The notes under the pieces are model-generated. The model saw only the letters and a list, made by a program, of their open reading frames with translations. It searched no databases and was not told the DNA's origin. Of a stretch of 64,000 nt of DNA, positions 40,589 to 51,100 are shown piece after piece. The stretch comes from Planctomycetaceae bacterium (GTDB taxonomy: Bacteria > Planctomycetota > Phycisphaerae > Phycisphaerales > SM1A02): the NCBI GenBank assembly GCA_947490615.1, contig CANLHK010000009.1, positions 18,846-82,845 on the forward strand, written 5' to 3'. The position numbers and the translations under genes were made by a program. Each line of letters begins with the position of its first letter. Position 1 is the stretch's first letter.

Positions 40589-41692
40589 TCAGCGCAGAAG
40601 CTTGCGGCTCTTGAGCGTGCATCCAAGCAACTTGTAGAGCACGCGCGCGCCGACATTGGCGTCCCACTCATTGGGCGCGTCCTTGGTCCTAGCGCCAGGC
40701 GCGACTTCGCACAGATCGAAACCCACGACGCGCCGCCCGCTGTTGGCGAGCGTCTCAAGCAGATGGCAGACCTCAGGAAAGGTGAGCCCACCAGGAACAG
40801 GTGTTCCCGTGTTGGGGCAGAGGTCGCTCGTGAGGCCGTCGATGTCGAAACTGATGTAGACCTCTTTCGGCAGCGCTTGCACGATGTCGGAACAGATCGC
40901 GCTCCAAGTTCCCTTGCTGCCGCCGCGAAACTGGCGATCGCGCAACTGTTGGTCGTAGAAGCACTGCACCCGTCCCCGCGACTGCTCGACGAACTCACGC
41001 TCACGGAGGCCGAAATCGCGGATCCCAACTTGCACCAACTTTCCAACGGCAGGAAGTCGCGTCATCACATTGTGAAAGATGCTCGCGTGTGACCAGCGGA
41101 AACCTTCGTACTCCTCACGGAGATCAGCATGCGCATCGATTTGCAGGATGCCCATGCCCGAGTGTCGCTGCGAGAGTTCAGCGATCAAACCAAACGGACT
41201 CGCGTGATCTCCACCAAGGACCGCGGGAATCGTGCCGCGATCAAGGATGCGCTCCGACTCCGTGGCGACATAGCCGTGCACGCGCTCACTGGCTGCGTTG
41301 ACCGTTTCCAACGCCTTCGCATGCGCACGATTGCCAGCGACAGCGCCGCCAAGCGCGATGATCGGTTCAGCCGCGCGGCGCGCCGACTTGGACAGCGCGG
41401 CGATGTCGCGAGGGATCGGCAACATCGCGATGCCCGACTTCCAGATCGCGCCGTATTGCAGATCTTCGAGATCAACCTGCGCACTGGCCGCAAGCACCGC
41501 AGCAGGACCTGACGCAGTGCCAGGGCGGTAGCTCGTGGTCGCGTCAAACGGCACGGGAATCACCACAACGCGCGCGTCCTCGACGCGGGTCGTGAGCCCA
41601 AAGAGCCCATCACCCGTGGCAGCGGCGTCAGGATCGAAGGACGCATCAAACTTGGAAGTGATGGTGGAAGCGGATTTCCTACGAGTAGCCAT
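40589..41692 (-). CDS. arginase/agmatinase/formimidoylglutamase (ureohydrolase) family protein
   Basis: Internal ATG at 41690-41692. Mn-binding motifs GGDHAS, IDAHADLR and SFDIDGL. Confidence 0.8.
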   Translation of the reverse strand: MATRRKSASTITSKFDASFDPDAAATGDGLFGLTTRVEDARVVVIPVPFDATTSYRPGTASGPAAVLAASAQVDLEDLQYGAIWKSGIAMLPIPRDIAALSKSARRAAEPIIALGGAVAGNRAHAKALETVNAASERVHGYVATESERILDRGTIPAVLGGDHASPFGLIAELSQRHSGMGILQIDAHADLREEYEGFRWSHASIFHNVMTRLPAVGKLVQVGIRDFGLREREFVEQSRGRVQCFYDQQLRDRQFRGGSKGTWSAICSDIVQALPKEVYISFDIDGLTSDLCPNTGTPVPGGLTFPEVCHLLETLANSGRRVVGFDLCEVAPGARTKDAPNEWDANVGARVLYKLLGCTLKSRKLLR

Positions 41693-41886
41693 AGAACGCG
41701 CAATGTACGAGGGCGGCGACGGATGCGCGGCGGGCGCGACCTTGGCACACGCAGCGCATGAATTCAAACGAAGAGTGGGAGCGCGCGGGGTTGCAAGCGC
41801 AGCGGGCGGTTGCGAGAATGGCGCGGTTCTGACTCACGCGGCTGTGTTGCAGTCGCACAACTTGTTTTCACCAGAGGAGCGCTGTC

Positions 41887-44118
41887 ATGGCAAGGAATCG
41901 ATGGCTGGTTCGCGTGCTGACTGTGTGCGCCGTGTGGTTGTGTGCGGGAGTGGCGAGAGGGGATATTGGGACGCCGACGTGGAATTGGAGTAACGGGAAT
42001 ACGTGGGGCTATGGTTACATGGCATCCTTCGGACAGACGTTCGTTGGGAACGGCGAAGCGTGCACGGGGTTCCGCTTTCGCTCGTACAGCGAGTCTGGCT
42101 ACTACAACTATCCGTACCAAGCGATGGTCTATCGATGGAGCGCCGCGTCACAGCGCGCAATTGGTGCGCCGTTGGCGATTGCGAACAGCACCTTCGCTCA
42201 AGGAAACTGTTGCTGGTTTGATCGAGAGCTCCAATTTCCGACGAGGGTGGAGTTGCAGCAGGGTGTCGACTATGTGCTGATTCTTACGGTCACGCCGTGG
42301 TGGGGAAATTATTGCTGCGCGTATGCCCATCCTGCAATTCACTACTCGAATGAGTACAGCCAAGGCAACCTCTACTACCTCTCCAACGGCGCAGACGCGA
42401 ATGCATGGACTGGGCAGCAGTGGAACGACTCGGGCTACGACCTCAACTTCACGATCCGCACCACCGCCGATTGCGACAGCAACGGCATCATCGACGCAGA
42501 AGAAATCACCAGCGGCGCTGCGCCGGATTGCAACGCCAATGGCTTTCTTGATGCCTGCGAGCAACTCGCACCAGGCACCGAGACCTTGATCGGGAACGAG
42601 CAGGGGCCGATTGGTTCGACGGCCGCAGCGACCTACACCTTCAACGCCGTGCTTCCCGCGCAAGGGGATGTGCAGCTGCGCGTCGATGCGATGGGGGACT
42701 TGAGTTCGACGCACGAGTTCTTACTTGTCGCGGTGGGTAGTGGTCCTGCCCACGCCGTCTTCACGGGCGCTGAGTCCGATTGCGCATGGCTCACGGAGAC
42801 GATCACGATCCCTCGGGAGGAATTCAACGCAGCCATCGTCAAGAACAGCGTGTTCGTGACGGTGTCCGCTAGCCCGACCGTCGATGGCGCTGCGTGTGAC
42901 GGACTGTCCCTCGTCAAGGTCCAACTCGACTACACCGAGTCCTATCCCGATTGCAATGGCAACCTGATCGGCGACTTCGAAGACTTCTGCTCAGGCTTCA
43001 GCGTCGACTGCAACGGCAATCGCAACCCCGACGAGTGCGACCTCGCCAGCGGCGCGTCCTTGGACATCGACGGGGACTCTGTTCCCGACGAGTGCCAACC
43101 CGATTGCAACGGCGATCATCGCCCCGATGCGTTTCAGATCTTCGTGGGTGAAGAGCCCGACTGCAACGCCAACGGACTTCCCGACGAGTGCGATCTCTAC
43201 GCAGCTGGTGCGAGCGACGACTGCAACTCCAACGGCGTGCCCGATGAGTGTGATATCGCAGGCGGCGTGGCGCCTGATTGCGATGGCGATGGCAAGATCG
43301 ACTCGTGCGCGTTGGCGCAGGCGCTTGTGCCCGATTGCAACGGCAACGGCGTGCCGGACTCGTGCGACATTGCGAGTGGGTTGAGTCAGGACTGTGATGG
43401 GGATGCATACCCGGATAGCTGCAACATCGCAGGCCTATGGCGAACATCGCCGACGCAGGCGCCCTTCCAATCGGGAAGTCCTCTGAGCTGGACGATGACG
43501 GGAGCGCCCATGGCCGAGATGGACCCGGTAGTCGAGGTTTCTTACTACGGATATGCCGATCCCTGTTACAGCAGCTCGTACTACTACCGGCTGTACGTGG
43601 ACGGAAATGAGATCGCAGCTTTCTATGACCAGTGTTATGGAGGATGCATCGGCAACACCCGGCAGTTCTCGGTTCCCATGTCGCTGTGGAATGCAGTTGC
43701 CGCGGACGGAGTAGTTTCGGTGCTGGTGACGCATCCGAACTACACGAGTTGCTCAAGTTCCTTCTGCAATGTCCGAGTGCGCACCGTTGCCCCCGCCCTC
43801 GACTGCAACTCCAACTCCATTCCCGACTCCTGTGACATCGCCTCGGGCTTCGACCACGATTGCAACAACAACGGGCAACTCGATGGATGCGACATCGCGC
43901 AGGGCGCTGAGGACGACAACCTCAACGGCTACCCCGATCCGTGTGAGTTGGATCGCGGTGACCTCAACCTCGATGGCAATGTCGATGGTCCCGACCTCGC
44001 GATCATGCTCGCGTATTGGGGCGGTGTGAACTACCCCATTGGTGATTGCAGTCACGATGGAGTCATCGATGGCGCCGACCTTGCCATCTTGCTGAGCAAC
44101 TGGGATGAACCGCTCTGA
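41887..44118 (+). CDS. secreted repeat protein with about 14 DCNGNGxPDxCD Ca-binding-like repeats and C-terminal dockerin-like module
   Basis: Signal peptide. N-terminal ~190-aa globular domain. Repeats such as DCNGNRNPDECDL, DCNANGLPDECDL, DCNSNGVPDECDI, DCNGNGVPDSCDI. C-terminus GDLNLDGNVDGPDLAIMLAYWG ... DCSHDGVIDGADLAILLSNW. Confidence 0.7.
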   Translation: MARNRWLVRVLTVCAVWLCAGVARGDIGTPTWNWSNGNTWGYGYMASFGQTFVGNGEACTGFRFRSYSESGYYNYPYQAMVYRWSAASQRAIGAPLAIANSTFAQGNCCWFDRELQFPTRVELQQGVDYVLILTVTPWWGNYCCAYAHPAIHYSNEYSQGNLYYLSNGADANAWTGQQWNDSGYDLNFTIRTTADCDSNGIIDAEEITSGAAPDCNANGFLDACEQLAPGTETLIGNEQGPIGSTAAATYTFNAVLPAQGDVQLRVDAMGDLSSTHEFLLVAVGSGPAHAVFTGAESDCAWLTETITIPREEFNAAIVKNSVFVTVSASPTVDGAACDGLSLVKVQLDYTESYPDCNGNLIGDFEDFCSGFSVDCNGNRNPDECDLASGASLDIDGDSVPDECQPDCNGDHRPDAFQIFVGEEPDCNANGLPDECDLYAAGASDDCNSNGVPDECDIAGGVAPDCDGDGKIDSCALAQALVPDCNGNGVPDSCDIASGLSQDCDGDAYPDSCNIAGLWRTSPTQAPFQSGSPLSWTMTGAPMAEMDPVVEVSYYGYADPCYSSSYYYRLYVDGNEIAAFYDQCYGGCIGNTRQFSVPMSLWNAVAADGVVSVLVTHPNYTSCSSSFCNVRVRTVAPALDCNSNSIPDSCDIASGFDHDCNNNGQLDGCDIAQGAEDDNLNGYPDPCELDRGDLNLDGNVDGPDLAIMLAYWGGVNYPIGDCSHDGVIDGADLAILLSNWDEPL
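42469..43950 (+). repeat. array of 13-residue Cys/Asp repeats (D-C-[ND]-x-[ND]-G-x-x-D-x-C-[DE]-[ILF]) inside the 41887-44118 CDS, interrupted by an ~120-aa Cys/Tyr-rich insert
   Basis: Read directly from the translation. There are 11 copies before and 3 after the insert AGLWRTSP...VRTVAPAL (about 43430-43795). Confidence 0.7.
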
Positions 44119-44146
44119 GAGCTCCGTTCAAACGAAGTGAATCCAC

Positions 44147-44185
44147 GGCGCCCGCGCACTCCGCGGGCGCCGTCTTCTTTCCTTC
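44147..44185 (+). terminator. rho-independent terminator after the 41887-44118 gene
   Basis: Hairpin GGCGCCCGCG-CACUC-CGCGGGCGCC (10-bp perfect stem, 44147-44171) followed by a U-rich tract GUCUUCUUUCCUUCC. Confidence 0.55.
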
Positions 44186-44200
44186 CTGTACGCTTCCGCC

Positions 44201-46012
44201 ATGATCCACCTTCGCATGGCGCTCGTTCTTGCTGCTTCGTTGGGGCTCTCATCTGTTGCACTCGCGCAGGACCTTCCTGACGCCAAACAAATCACGCTCG
44301 ACGCGCCGATTGCTTCGGTCACGCTCTATCGCGAGCGGGCGATGATCACGCGCGGTTGTGCGTTGCCCAATGAGCAGGGAACCTTTGAGGTGCGCATCGA
44401 GGGACTGCCTGAGAGCATCGACGCTGGGTCGTTGTCGGCGCGCGTCGAAGGCGGCAAGTTGCTTGATGTGCGGTACGAGACGACGACCACCGCCGTCGAT
44501 GTGTCGACGAGTCCTGAACTCAAGGAGGCGCTCGCGCAGCTCGAACGGTTGCAGCGCGTGATGGAAAAGCTCTCGCTGAGCATGGCCAAGATCAACGATC
44601 AGAACGCGCTCTTGAACAGCATCGCCGCCAAGACCGCGACTGAGAGCGCGAAGGACTTCGGTTCCAAGGCGCTTGACCCAGCGGCGCTCGCGCAGCAGGT
44701 CCTGTTTCTTGAGACTGCACGGACCGCACTCATCGAGCAGCGCCTGGCCAATGAGGCGGAGCAGCGGACCGTTGCCGCGGAGCTCAAGGCTGTTGGCGAT
44801 CGAGTCAACGCGCTTGGCGGCAAGCGCCTCGTCGCGCGCGCAGCCATCGTGAGTGTCGGCAAGCCGACGCTTGGCAGCACGACGCTCGCGTTCAGTTACC
44901 TCGTTGATGGCGCGAGCTGGTCGCCCGACTACGCCATCCGCGCCCTCGACACCAACGACGATGCGTCGGATCGATTGACCGTCGAGTTCAGCGCGCGCAT
45001 TGCCCAACGCACCGGCGAAGATTGGTCGGGAGTTTCCGTCACACTGTCGACCGCAGAGCCAACCCGTCGGCCCGCGCCCAATGAGATTCCTGCGGAGTTC
45101 CTCGAGATCGCGCCTGAAGAAGAGAAGTGGGCCGAGGGCGGCGAGCAGTTCTTTGATCGAGCGAAGGCTGGATCCGCCGAGGACAAGAAAGACGCGTCGC
45201 TTGGTCGACGCTCGCGCAAGCTTGCGGAGAAGTCCGACGCGGAGTACGGCGGGGTCATCGGCGATGCTGGCGAAGACCCGCAACTCGGTGAACGCGTCCA
45301 GCTTGGCATTGAGTTGCAGCGCCTGTACGCCGATGCCGCCGTCGACGGTGGTGCGGTCGTGACCTACGCCTTGCCGCGTGCCGTCACGATTCCTTCCGAT
45401 CGATCGCGCACTCGCACGCAGCGCATCGCCACCATCGAACTCACGCCTGAGTTCTCGCATGTCGCGCGACCGATCGTGGATCCCGTTGTCTACTTGCGCG
45501 CGAAAGCCCGCAACACTTCGGGCTATCGCTTACTTGAGGGCAGGGCGCGACTCTTTGTCGGCGAGGATTCGGTTGGAGAGGTCACCTTCCCCACGGTGAT
45601 TCCTGGCGCGGAGGTCAATTTCTGGCTCGGTGGCGACGCTCGCCTCGAGAGCAAGCGGGTGCTGGTCTCCAAGGAAACCAAGGAAGATGGCGTCTTTGGC
45701 AAGAGCTTGGTGACAACTTGGAAGTGGCGCATCGATCTCACCTCCGCAATCGCAGGATCGACGAAGGTCGAACTCGACGATCGCATTCCCGTTTCTCGTA
45801 ATGAGGCAATCAAGGTGGAGCTGCGCGATCTTTCGCTTCCGCTCTCCACAGACGAGGCGTACCTCAAGGGTGAGCGCACACGGGGGATCTTGCGCTGGAC
45901 GCTGGAACTCACGGGCCTCAGCAAAGAAGGCAAGCCAAGCGAGCGCAGCATCTCTTGGACAGTGCGCGAGTCGCACTCCGAGGGTGTGGAGATCCGAGCG
46001 CAGTCGCACTGA
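44201..46012 (+). CDS. DUF4139/DUF4140 (MuiA-like) family exported protein
   Basis: Signal peptide. SVTLYRERAMITR near the N-terminus, a central coiled coil, then DGASWSPDYAIRAL and a beta-rich C-terminal half. This matches the layout I recall for the TIGR02231/DUF4139 family. Confidence 0.55.
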   Translation: MIHLRMALVLAASLGLSSVALAQDLPDAKQITLDAPIASVTLYRERAMITRGCALPNEQGTFEVRIEGLPESIDAGSLSARVEGGKLLDVRYETTTTAVDVSTSPELKEALAQLERLQRVMEKLSLSMAKINDQNALLNSIAAKTATESAKDFGSKALDPAALAQQVLFLETARTALIEQRLANEAEQRTVAAELKAVGDRVNALGGKRLVARAAIVSVGKPTLGSTTLAFSYLVDGASWSPDYAIRALDTNDDASDRLTVEFSARIAQRTGEDWSGVSVTLSTAEPTRRPAPNEIPAEFLEIAPEEEKWAEGGEQFFDRAKAGSAEDKKDASLGRRSRKLAEKSDAEYGGVIGDAGEDPQLGERVQLGIELQRLYADAAVDGGAVVTYALPRAVTIPSDRSRTRTQRIATIELTPEFSHVARPIVDPVVYLRAKARNTSGYRLLEGRARLFVGEDSVGEVTFPTVIPGAEVNFWLGGDARLESKRVLVSKETKEDGVFGKSLVTTWKWRIDLTSAIAGSTKVELDDRIPVSRNEAIKVELRDLSLPLSTDEAYLKGERTRGILRWTLELTGLSKEGKPSERSISWTVRESHSEGVEIRAQSH

Positions 46013-46079
46013 GTGAGAAAGTTTCCCTGACCGATGAACGGGGCTCAACGCGCGCATCGCTTTGTGGTTGAATGGCGCC

Positions 46080-47561
46080 ATGAGCCTCCCTCGCCATCCA
46101 AGCATCACTCGTCGTCGTTTCGTGCTGACCTCTCTCGCAGCACCGCTGGCTGCAGGCGCTGCGTCACACCTTGCTTCGCAGATCGCCGCGGCCTCCGCGC
46201 CAGCGTTCTTGCGGCGCGGGCTTGGACAGAACGAGAAGCTCCAGGTGCTCAAGGTTGGCGTCGGCGGCATGGGTGCTGCCGACCTCAGCGAGATCTCCAA
46301 TCACAAGATGGTCGAGATCGTTGGACTCTGCGATGTCAGCCAGAATCAGCTGGATCGATGGACCAAGGAGTCCAAGAACGACAAGGGCGAGACCGTCGCG
46401 CCGCGCTTCCCTGAGGTCCCGACCTACCGCGATTGGCGCGAGGCCTACACCGCGCTCGACAAGAAGTTTGACGCCGTGAGCTGCTCGACCGCCGACCACA
46501 TGCACGCCCCGATCTCGATGGCGGCGATGAACCTCGGTAAGCATGTCTACTGCCAGAAGCCGTTGGCGCAGGGCGCGTACGAGAATCGTCGCCTCGCCGA
46601 AATCGCGGCCAGCAAGCCTGAACTTGTCACGCAGATGGGCACGCAGCGCATCGCCACCAAGTGGCGTCGCTTTGGCGGCAAGGTGCTGCGCGAGGGGACC
46701 ATCGGGCCTATCCGCGAGATGTACGCGTGGACCAATCGTCCTGCTGGTTGGTGGCCACAAGGCAATCCGCGTCCTGAAGGTTCGGATCCTTGCCCAGCGG
46801 AACTCTCGTGGGATCTCTTCCTTGGCACCTCAGCGGATCGTCCTTACAAGGACGGCTACACGCCGTTCAACTGGCGCGGCACGATCGATTGGGGCACGGG
46901 CGCGTTTGGCGACATGGGTTGCCACATGCTCGATGTGCCGTTCTACGAGCTCGGTCTTGGCGCGCCACTCAGTGCGATCTGCCAACCCGTCAAGGCGTCG
47001 AACGATCAGTTCCCTGAGAGCGAGTTTGTCGAGATGAAGTTCGCCGCGACGAACCTCACCGCGCGTGAAGGACTCACGCTGCGTTGGTTTGATGGCGGAA
47101 AGTTCCCCGACTTCGATCAGCTCCGTCTGCCCGAAGGTTGGGAAGGCGGCGAGGAAGGCAAGAATGTCGTCAAGGGCGACGGCGGCGTGATTCTCGTCGG
47201 TTCGCGCGCGACGCTTTGGTTCCCCATCGAACACGCGTGGGCGCGAATGTTCGCGCAAGGGAAGGACCGCACACTCGTGCACGAGCCATTGAAGACCGTC
47301 GACCTCGGTCAGACCAATCACTGGCACGATTGGGTCGACGCCTGCATCGCTGGCAAGAAGGACGCGTGCGTCTCGCGCTTTGAGAAGGGCGGCAAGATGT
47401 GCGAAGCCCTCTCCATCGGAGCGATGAGCTGCCTCGATCCTGGCAAGTTGCTCGAGTACGACGCGTCCAAGTGCGAATTCAAGGGCAGTCCCATCGCGAC
47501 GGCGGCGCTGAAGCGCAACTATCGCAAGGGATGGGAAGTCGCGAACCTAAATCATGTCTGA
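46080..47561 (+). CDS. Tat-exported Gfo/Idh/MocA family oxidoreductase
   Basis: Internal ATG at 46080. Twin-arginine signal SITRRRFVLTSLAAPLAAGAAS. Rossmann VLKVGVGGMGAADL. ...STADHMHAP...GKHVYCQKPL is typical of this family. Confidence 0.8.
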   Translation: MSLPRHPSITRRRFVLTSLAAPLAAGAASHLASQIAAASAPAFLRRGLGQNEKLQVLKVGVGGMGAADLSEISNHKMVEIVGLCDVSQNQLDRWTKESKNDKGETVAPRFPEVPTYRDWREAYTALDKKFDAVSCSTADHMHAPISMAAMNLGKHVYCQKPLAQGAYENRRLAEIAASKPELVTQMGTQRIATKWRRFGGKVLREGTIGPIREMYAWTNRPAGWWPQGNPRPEGSDPCPAELSWDLFLGTSADRPYKDGYTPFNWRGTIDWGTGAFGDMGCHMLDVPFYELGLGAPLSAICQPVKASNDQFPESEFVEMKFAATNLTAREGLTLRWFDGGKFPDFDQLRLPEGWEGGEEGKNVVKGDGGVILVGSRATLWFPIEHAWARMFAQGKDRTLVHEPLKTVDLGQTNHWHDWVDACIAGKKDACVSRFEKGGKMCEALSIGAMSCLDPGKLLEYDASKCEFKGSPIATAALKRNYRKGWEVANLNHV

Positions 47562-47584
47562 GCGCCTCTCGAAGTAAGGAATTC

Positions 47585-48109
47585 ATGGATCGCTATTGGC
47601 TGAATGTTGGCGATGGGAAGTCCTACGGGCCGTATACGGTCGAGGAGTTGCGCGCCTTCGCAGTTGAGGGTCGCGTCCATGTTGGATGCATGGTCTGTGC
47701 GCAGCGCGCCGTTGGTGCATCAGGCGTTGCGGAGCAGTGGGTTCCCGCTGCGACGGTGGTGCCGGACCTCGGGAGTGTGGCGCCGCCGCCGTTGCCTGCT
47801 GTGGGTGCGTCGTTCAGGTCCATGCCCAGCGGCGAGGTGCGGCGGGTTCCACTGGTGTGGTCCATCCTCGTGTCGGTCGCGAGTCTCTTCTTCTGTTGCC
47901 TTCCTGTCGGCCTCGGCGCACTCTTCGCGGCGACAACCGCCAACGCGAAGTACGAGGCGGGCGACTTTGAGGGCGGACAGCGCCGTGAACGTTCCTATCG
48001 CATCTGGATGTGGGTGTCGATCGTGCTCATCCTCATCGGCGCGCTGGTGACCTACTGGACGATCGACACAGCGATGGATCTGATGAAGGGGCTCGACCTC
48101 GGCGGCTGA
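47585..48109 (+). CDS. GYF_2 (DUF4339) plus CD225/dispanin-like membrane protein
   Basis: Internal ATG at 47585. N-terminus YWLNVGDGKSYGPYTVEELRAFAVEGRV...WVPA is GYF-like. C-terminus FCCLPVGLGALFAATTANAKYEAGDFEGGQRRERSYRIWMWVSIVLILIG is a CD225-like two-helix hairpin. Confidence 0.65.
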   Translation: MDRYWLNVGDGKSYGPYTVEELRAFAVEGRVHVGCMVCAQRAVGASGVAEQWVPAATVVPDLGSVAPPPLPAVGASFRSMPSGEVRRVPLVWSILVSVASLFFCCLPVGLGALFAATTANAKYEAGDFEGGQRRERSYRIWMWVSIVLILIGALVTYWTIDTAMDLMKGLDLGG

Positions 48110-48130
48110 GCGTGCACTGCGGAAGGCGTG

Positions 48131-51100
48131 TTACCAACGCGGCTGCGTGGTCTGATCCTGTTCGCGAACACGCACAGCGCCGCTGTCACGGTACTGGCCT
48201 TGCATCGCGAGTGCCATATCGGCTGCGTCGAGCCAACCATCGCTGTTGAGATCCGCCTGAGCCATGTGACCGAGCCCATGACGGCGAAGGTCTTTCAGGC
48301 TGACTCGTGCCAGTGGCGTGCCCGTGTCAAGATTTCCGCCACCACAAGACTCACCGGTCTGGAGGAACTGCAGCGCGATGAAGCCGAAGTCGCCGTTGCT
48401 CACCACGCTGTCGCGGGTGTAGTTGCTGCGGCTGGCGAAGTCCTTGTCTGCGCCTCGATCAGAGACGAAGTTTCCAAAGTCGAGGATGTCGATGAGGTTG
48501 TCCTGGTTGGAATCGCCCGAAACCAACGCGAAACGAGCAGGTGTCACCCACTTGCCATTGGCGACTGAGAGTGGCTGTGCGTCGGCGAGCGTGTGCGTCG
48601 CGTCTTTGAGCGAGAGGCAGGAGTAGTCGGTGCGCACGGGGACTTCAAGGTCGACCGTGACGCCGACGCGTCCGTTGAAGTGCACGGTTGCAGCGAGGAG
48701 TTCGCCCGTGCTAAGTCGCGCACGAAGCGGCTGATCGAAGCTGATCGCGGCATTGATGCTGCCCACGAGATCGACCCCAACCGTGAGCAGTTGATGGTTG
48801 AGCACGGTGTAAGTTCGGCTGAGCGTCGTGATCGTGCCTGAGGCGTCGGTCACGCTCCACTCAACCACCGAGGTTCCGATGGGGAACACGCTCGGCCACA
48901 CCGTGGGCGTGCTGCCATCAGCGAGTGCAACGCTGCGGCTGACAAGCAGGATCGGCTCGCACGAATTGGACGCGGTGACGATCGGTTCGATGATTGCAGC
49001 GCCAACGAGCGATCCTGCGTCGGTCGCGACCGTCACACCCGCGAGTTCAGGCGCTCCAACAAAGATCGGCGCGTCGAGGGCTGCGATCGTCGCCATGCTG
49101 AGTCCTGTGAAGGGCACCGCGACGCCGCCACCGAAGGCTGAGATCAAACAGGGGAAACCGTCGGTCGCGAGCGCGACGCTGTCGGTTGATCCGCAGAATG
49201 CGGTCTTGGCGCGGAAGGCGAGTCGCGCCGCGTTGCCGCTGGTGACTCCTTCGCCCGAACCATCGAGCGCTGCACCCGTGCTGAAGGCGACGGAGTCAAC
49301 GCCCGCATCGACAAAGATCGTCGCGGGGAAGTCCACGCCGCCGACCTCGAAGCCGCCGACGAATTCGAGTTTGGTTGGATCAAACACCACGCGAGCCTGC
49401 ACACCGACGGCTGCGACAGGGAGTCCGCTGACATTGACCTCGACGAAGAAGATCTCATCCACGGCGACCGTGGTGTTTGCTTCGACGGAGAGAATCGCGG
49501 TTCCAAACAGCGCAGCCAATTGCGCAGCGGACATGTTGGTGGAGTCCACCAGGACATTGGCGCTCGTCGAAGCGTTGGCCATGAGCGCTGCAATCTGCTC
49601 GGCCGTGAGTGCGGCGGTGATCGAGAACTGTCCGTGGATGAGTCCAATCGCTGCGCCTGCATCGGCGATGGCCGCGAGTTGGAGTTGGTTCATGCCTGTG
49701 GCGTGGACAGTGGCCTCACCGTCGAGCGTCGCGTGAAGGAGGGTTGTGATCTGCGCTGCGGATTGCGCCTGCGTCAGCGTGAGGTTCGAGAGATCAAAGA
49801 TCGCAGCCTGCGCTTCTGCGGAACCCGCGCGCAAGAGTGCTTCGGCAATCGCGTCGAGTTGCGCGTCGCTCATGGCCAACGCGTCGATCGTGATGGTTGC
49901 CGCGTCGACAAAGGCCAAGACGATGTTGGCCTTGCTGAGAATCGCGCTCAATTGCGCTGCACTCAGATTGCCGTTGAGGACGATCGCGCCGCCAATCCCG
50001 TTGGCAACAAACTTGTCCGCGTGGGCTGCGAGAGTCGCGAGCTTTCCGCCGAGCTCAGAGTCCATCCCCGTTGCGTCGGCCTGTGCCGTGGCGACATCGG
50101 ACTTCCCGAGCAGAAGCGCGAGTTCGCTGTTGGTCTGCGCGTTGGTGACGGTGAGCCCAAAGATCGAATCAATGAGCAGATCGTGCGTCGCGATGATGCT
50201 CAGGGTCGTGGCCAGCATCGCAGAGGCGTCGACACGCACGGTGGCTGCCAGCGCCGTCTTACTGAAGAGCGCGGTGATCGCCGCGTCCGTGAGTCCTGCG
50301 GCACCGCTCGAGACCAAGAGCGAGCCTTCGATGCCTGATTCTGCGAGACGCGCGCTTGTTCCTGCCAACGCGGCCAGTTGACGCGTGTCCATCCCCGTCG
50401 CGACAGCGCGCGCCATGGCGCGTTGCGCGGAGTTCACTGCGACCGAGTGGCCGAGCAAGATGCTGATCTCTTGTGGCGACTGCGCGCTCGTCAGCGTGAG
50501 GTTGAAGAGCTCGTCAACCTGCGCAATCCGTGCAGCGATCTCGGAGAGGCCCGTCGCGGTCATGGCTTCTGCGTTCACGCGGATGATGGCGCTGTCGGCG
50601 GCGGTGGAGAAGAGTGCGTTGAGATTGGTGTCGAGGATGGCGCTGCTCAGGTCGAGCGTGCCCGTGAGCCCAGCGGGTGCGAGTTGCGACGGGTGCGCTG
50701 CGACGGCGTCAAGTTGCGCGCCGATCATGCCGCTGCCGTCCACGAGCACCGAGCCAACGACCGCGCCAGCGAGCAGGCTGTCGAGTTGCGCTGCAGTCTG
50801 CGCGCTCGTGAGGTGCAGTTCGCCGCTGACGCCGCTGCCAAAGGAGGTGTAGTGCGAGGCAATGGCGCAGAGTTGCGCATTGCTCATGCCAGTCGTTGAG
50901 ACGCGGAAGGTCGCGCCAACCGTTGCGCGCGAGAGGAAGCTGCTCAGCACGGTGTCGGCTGTTGAGTCCGCGGGGAAGCTCGAAGCGTCGAGCACGAAGT
51001 TCCCAGCGAAGAGGATCGATCCAGTGATTTCTGCGGTCAGCGCGACCAACACGCCGTCTTGCACAACGATGGTGTCGCCAGCTCGGGAGGCTGCGATCGC

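Noticed and set aside
44249-45460. 403-aa minus-strand ORF
   Set aside because: It is antisense to the DUF4139-like gene, with an Arg/Leu/Gly-rich translation and no motifs.
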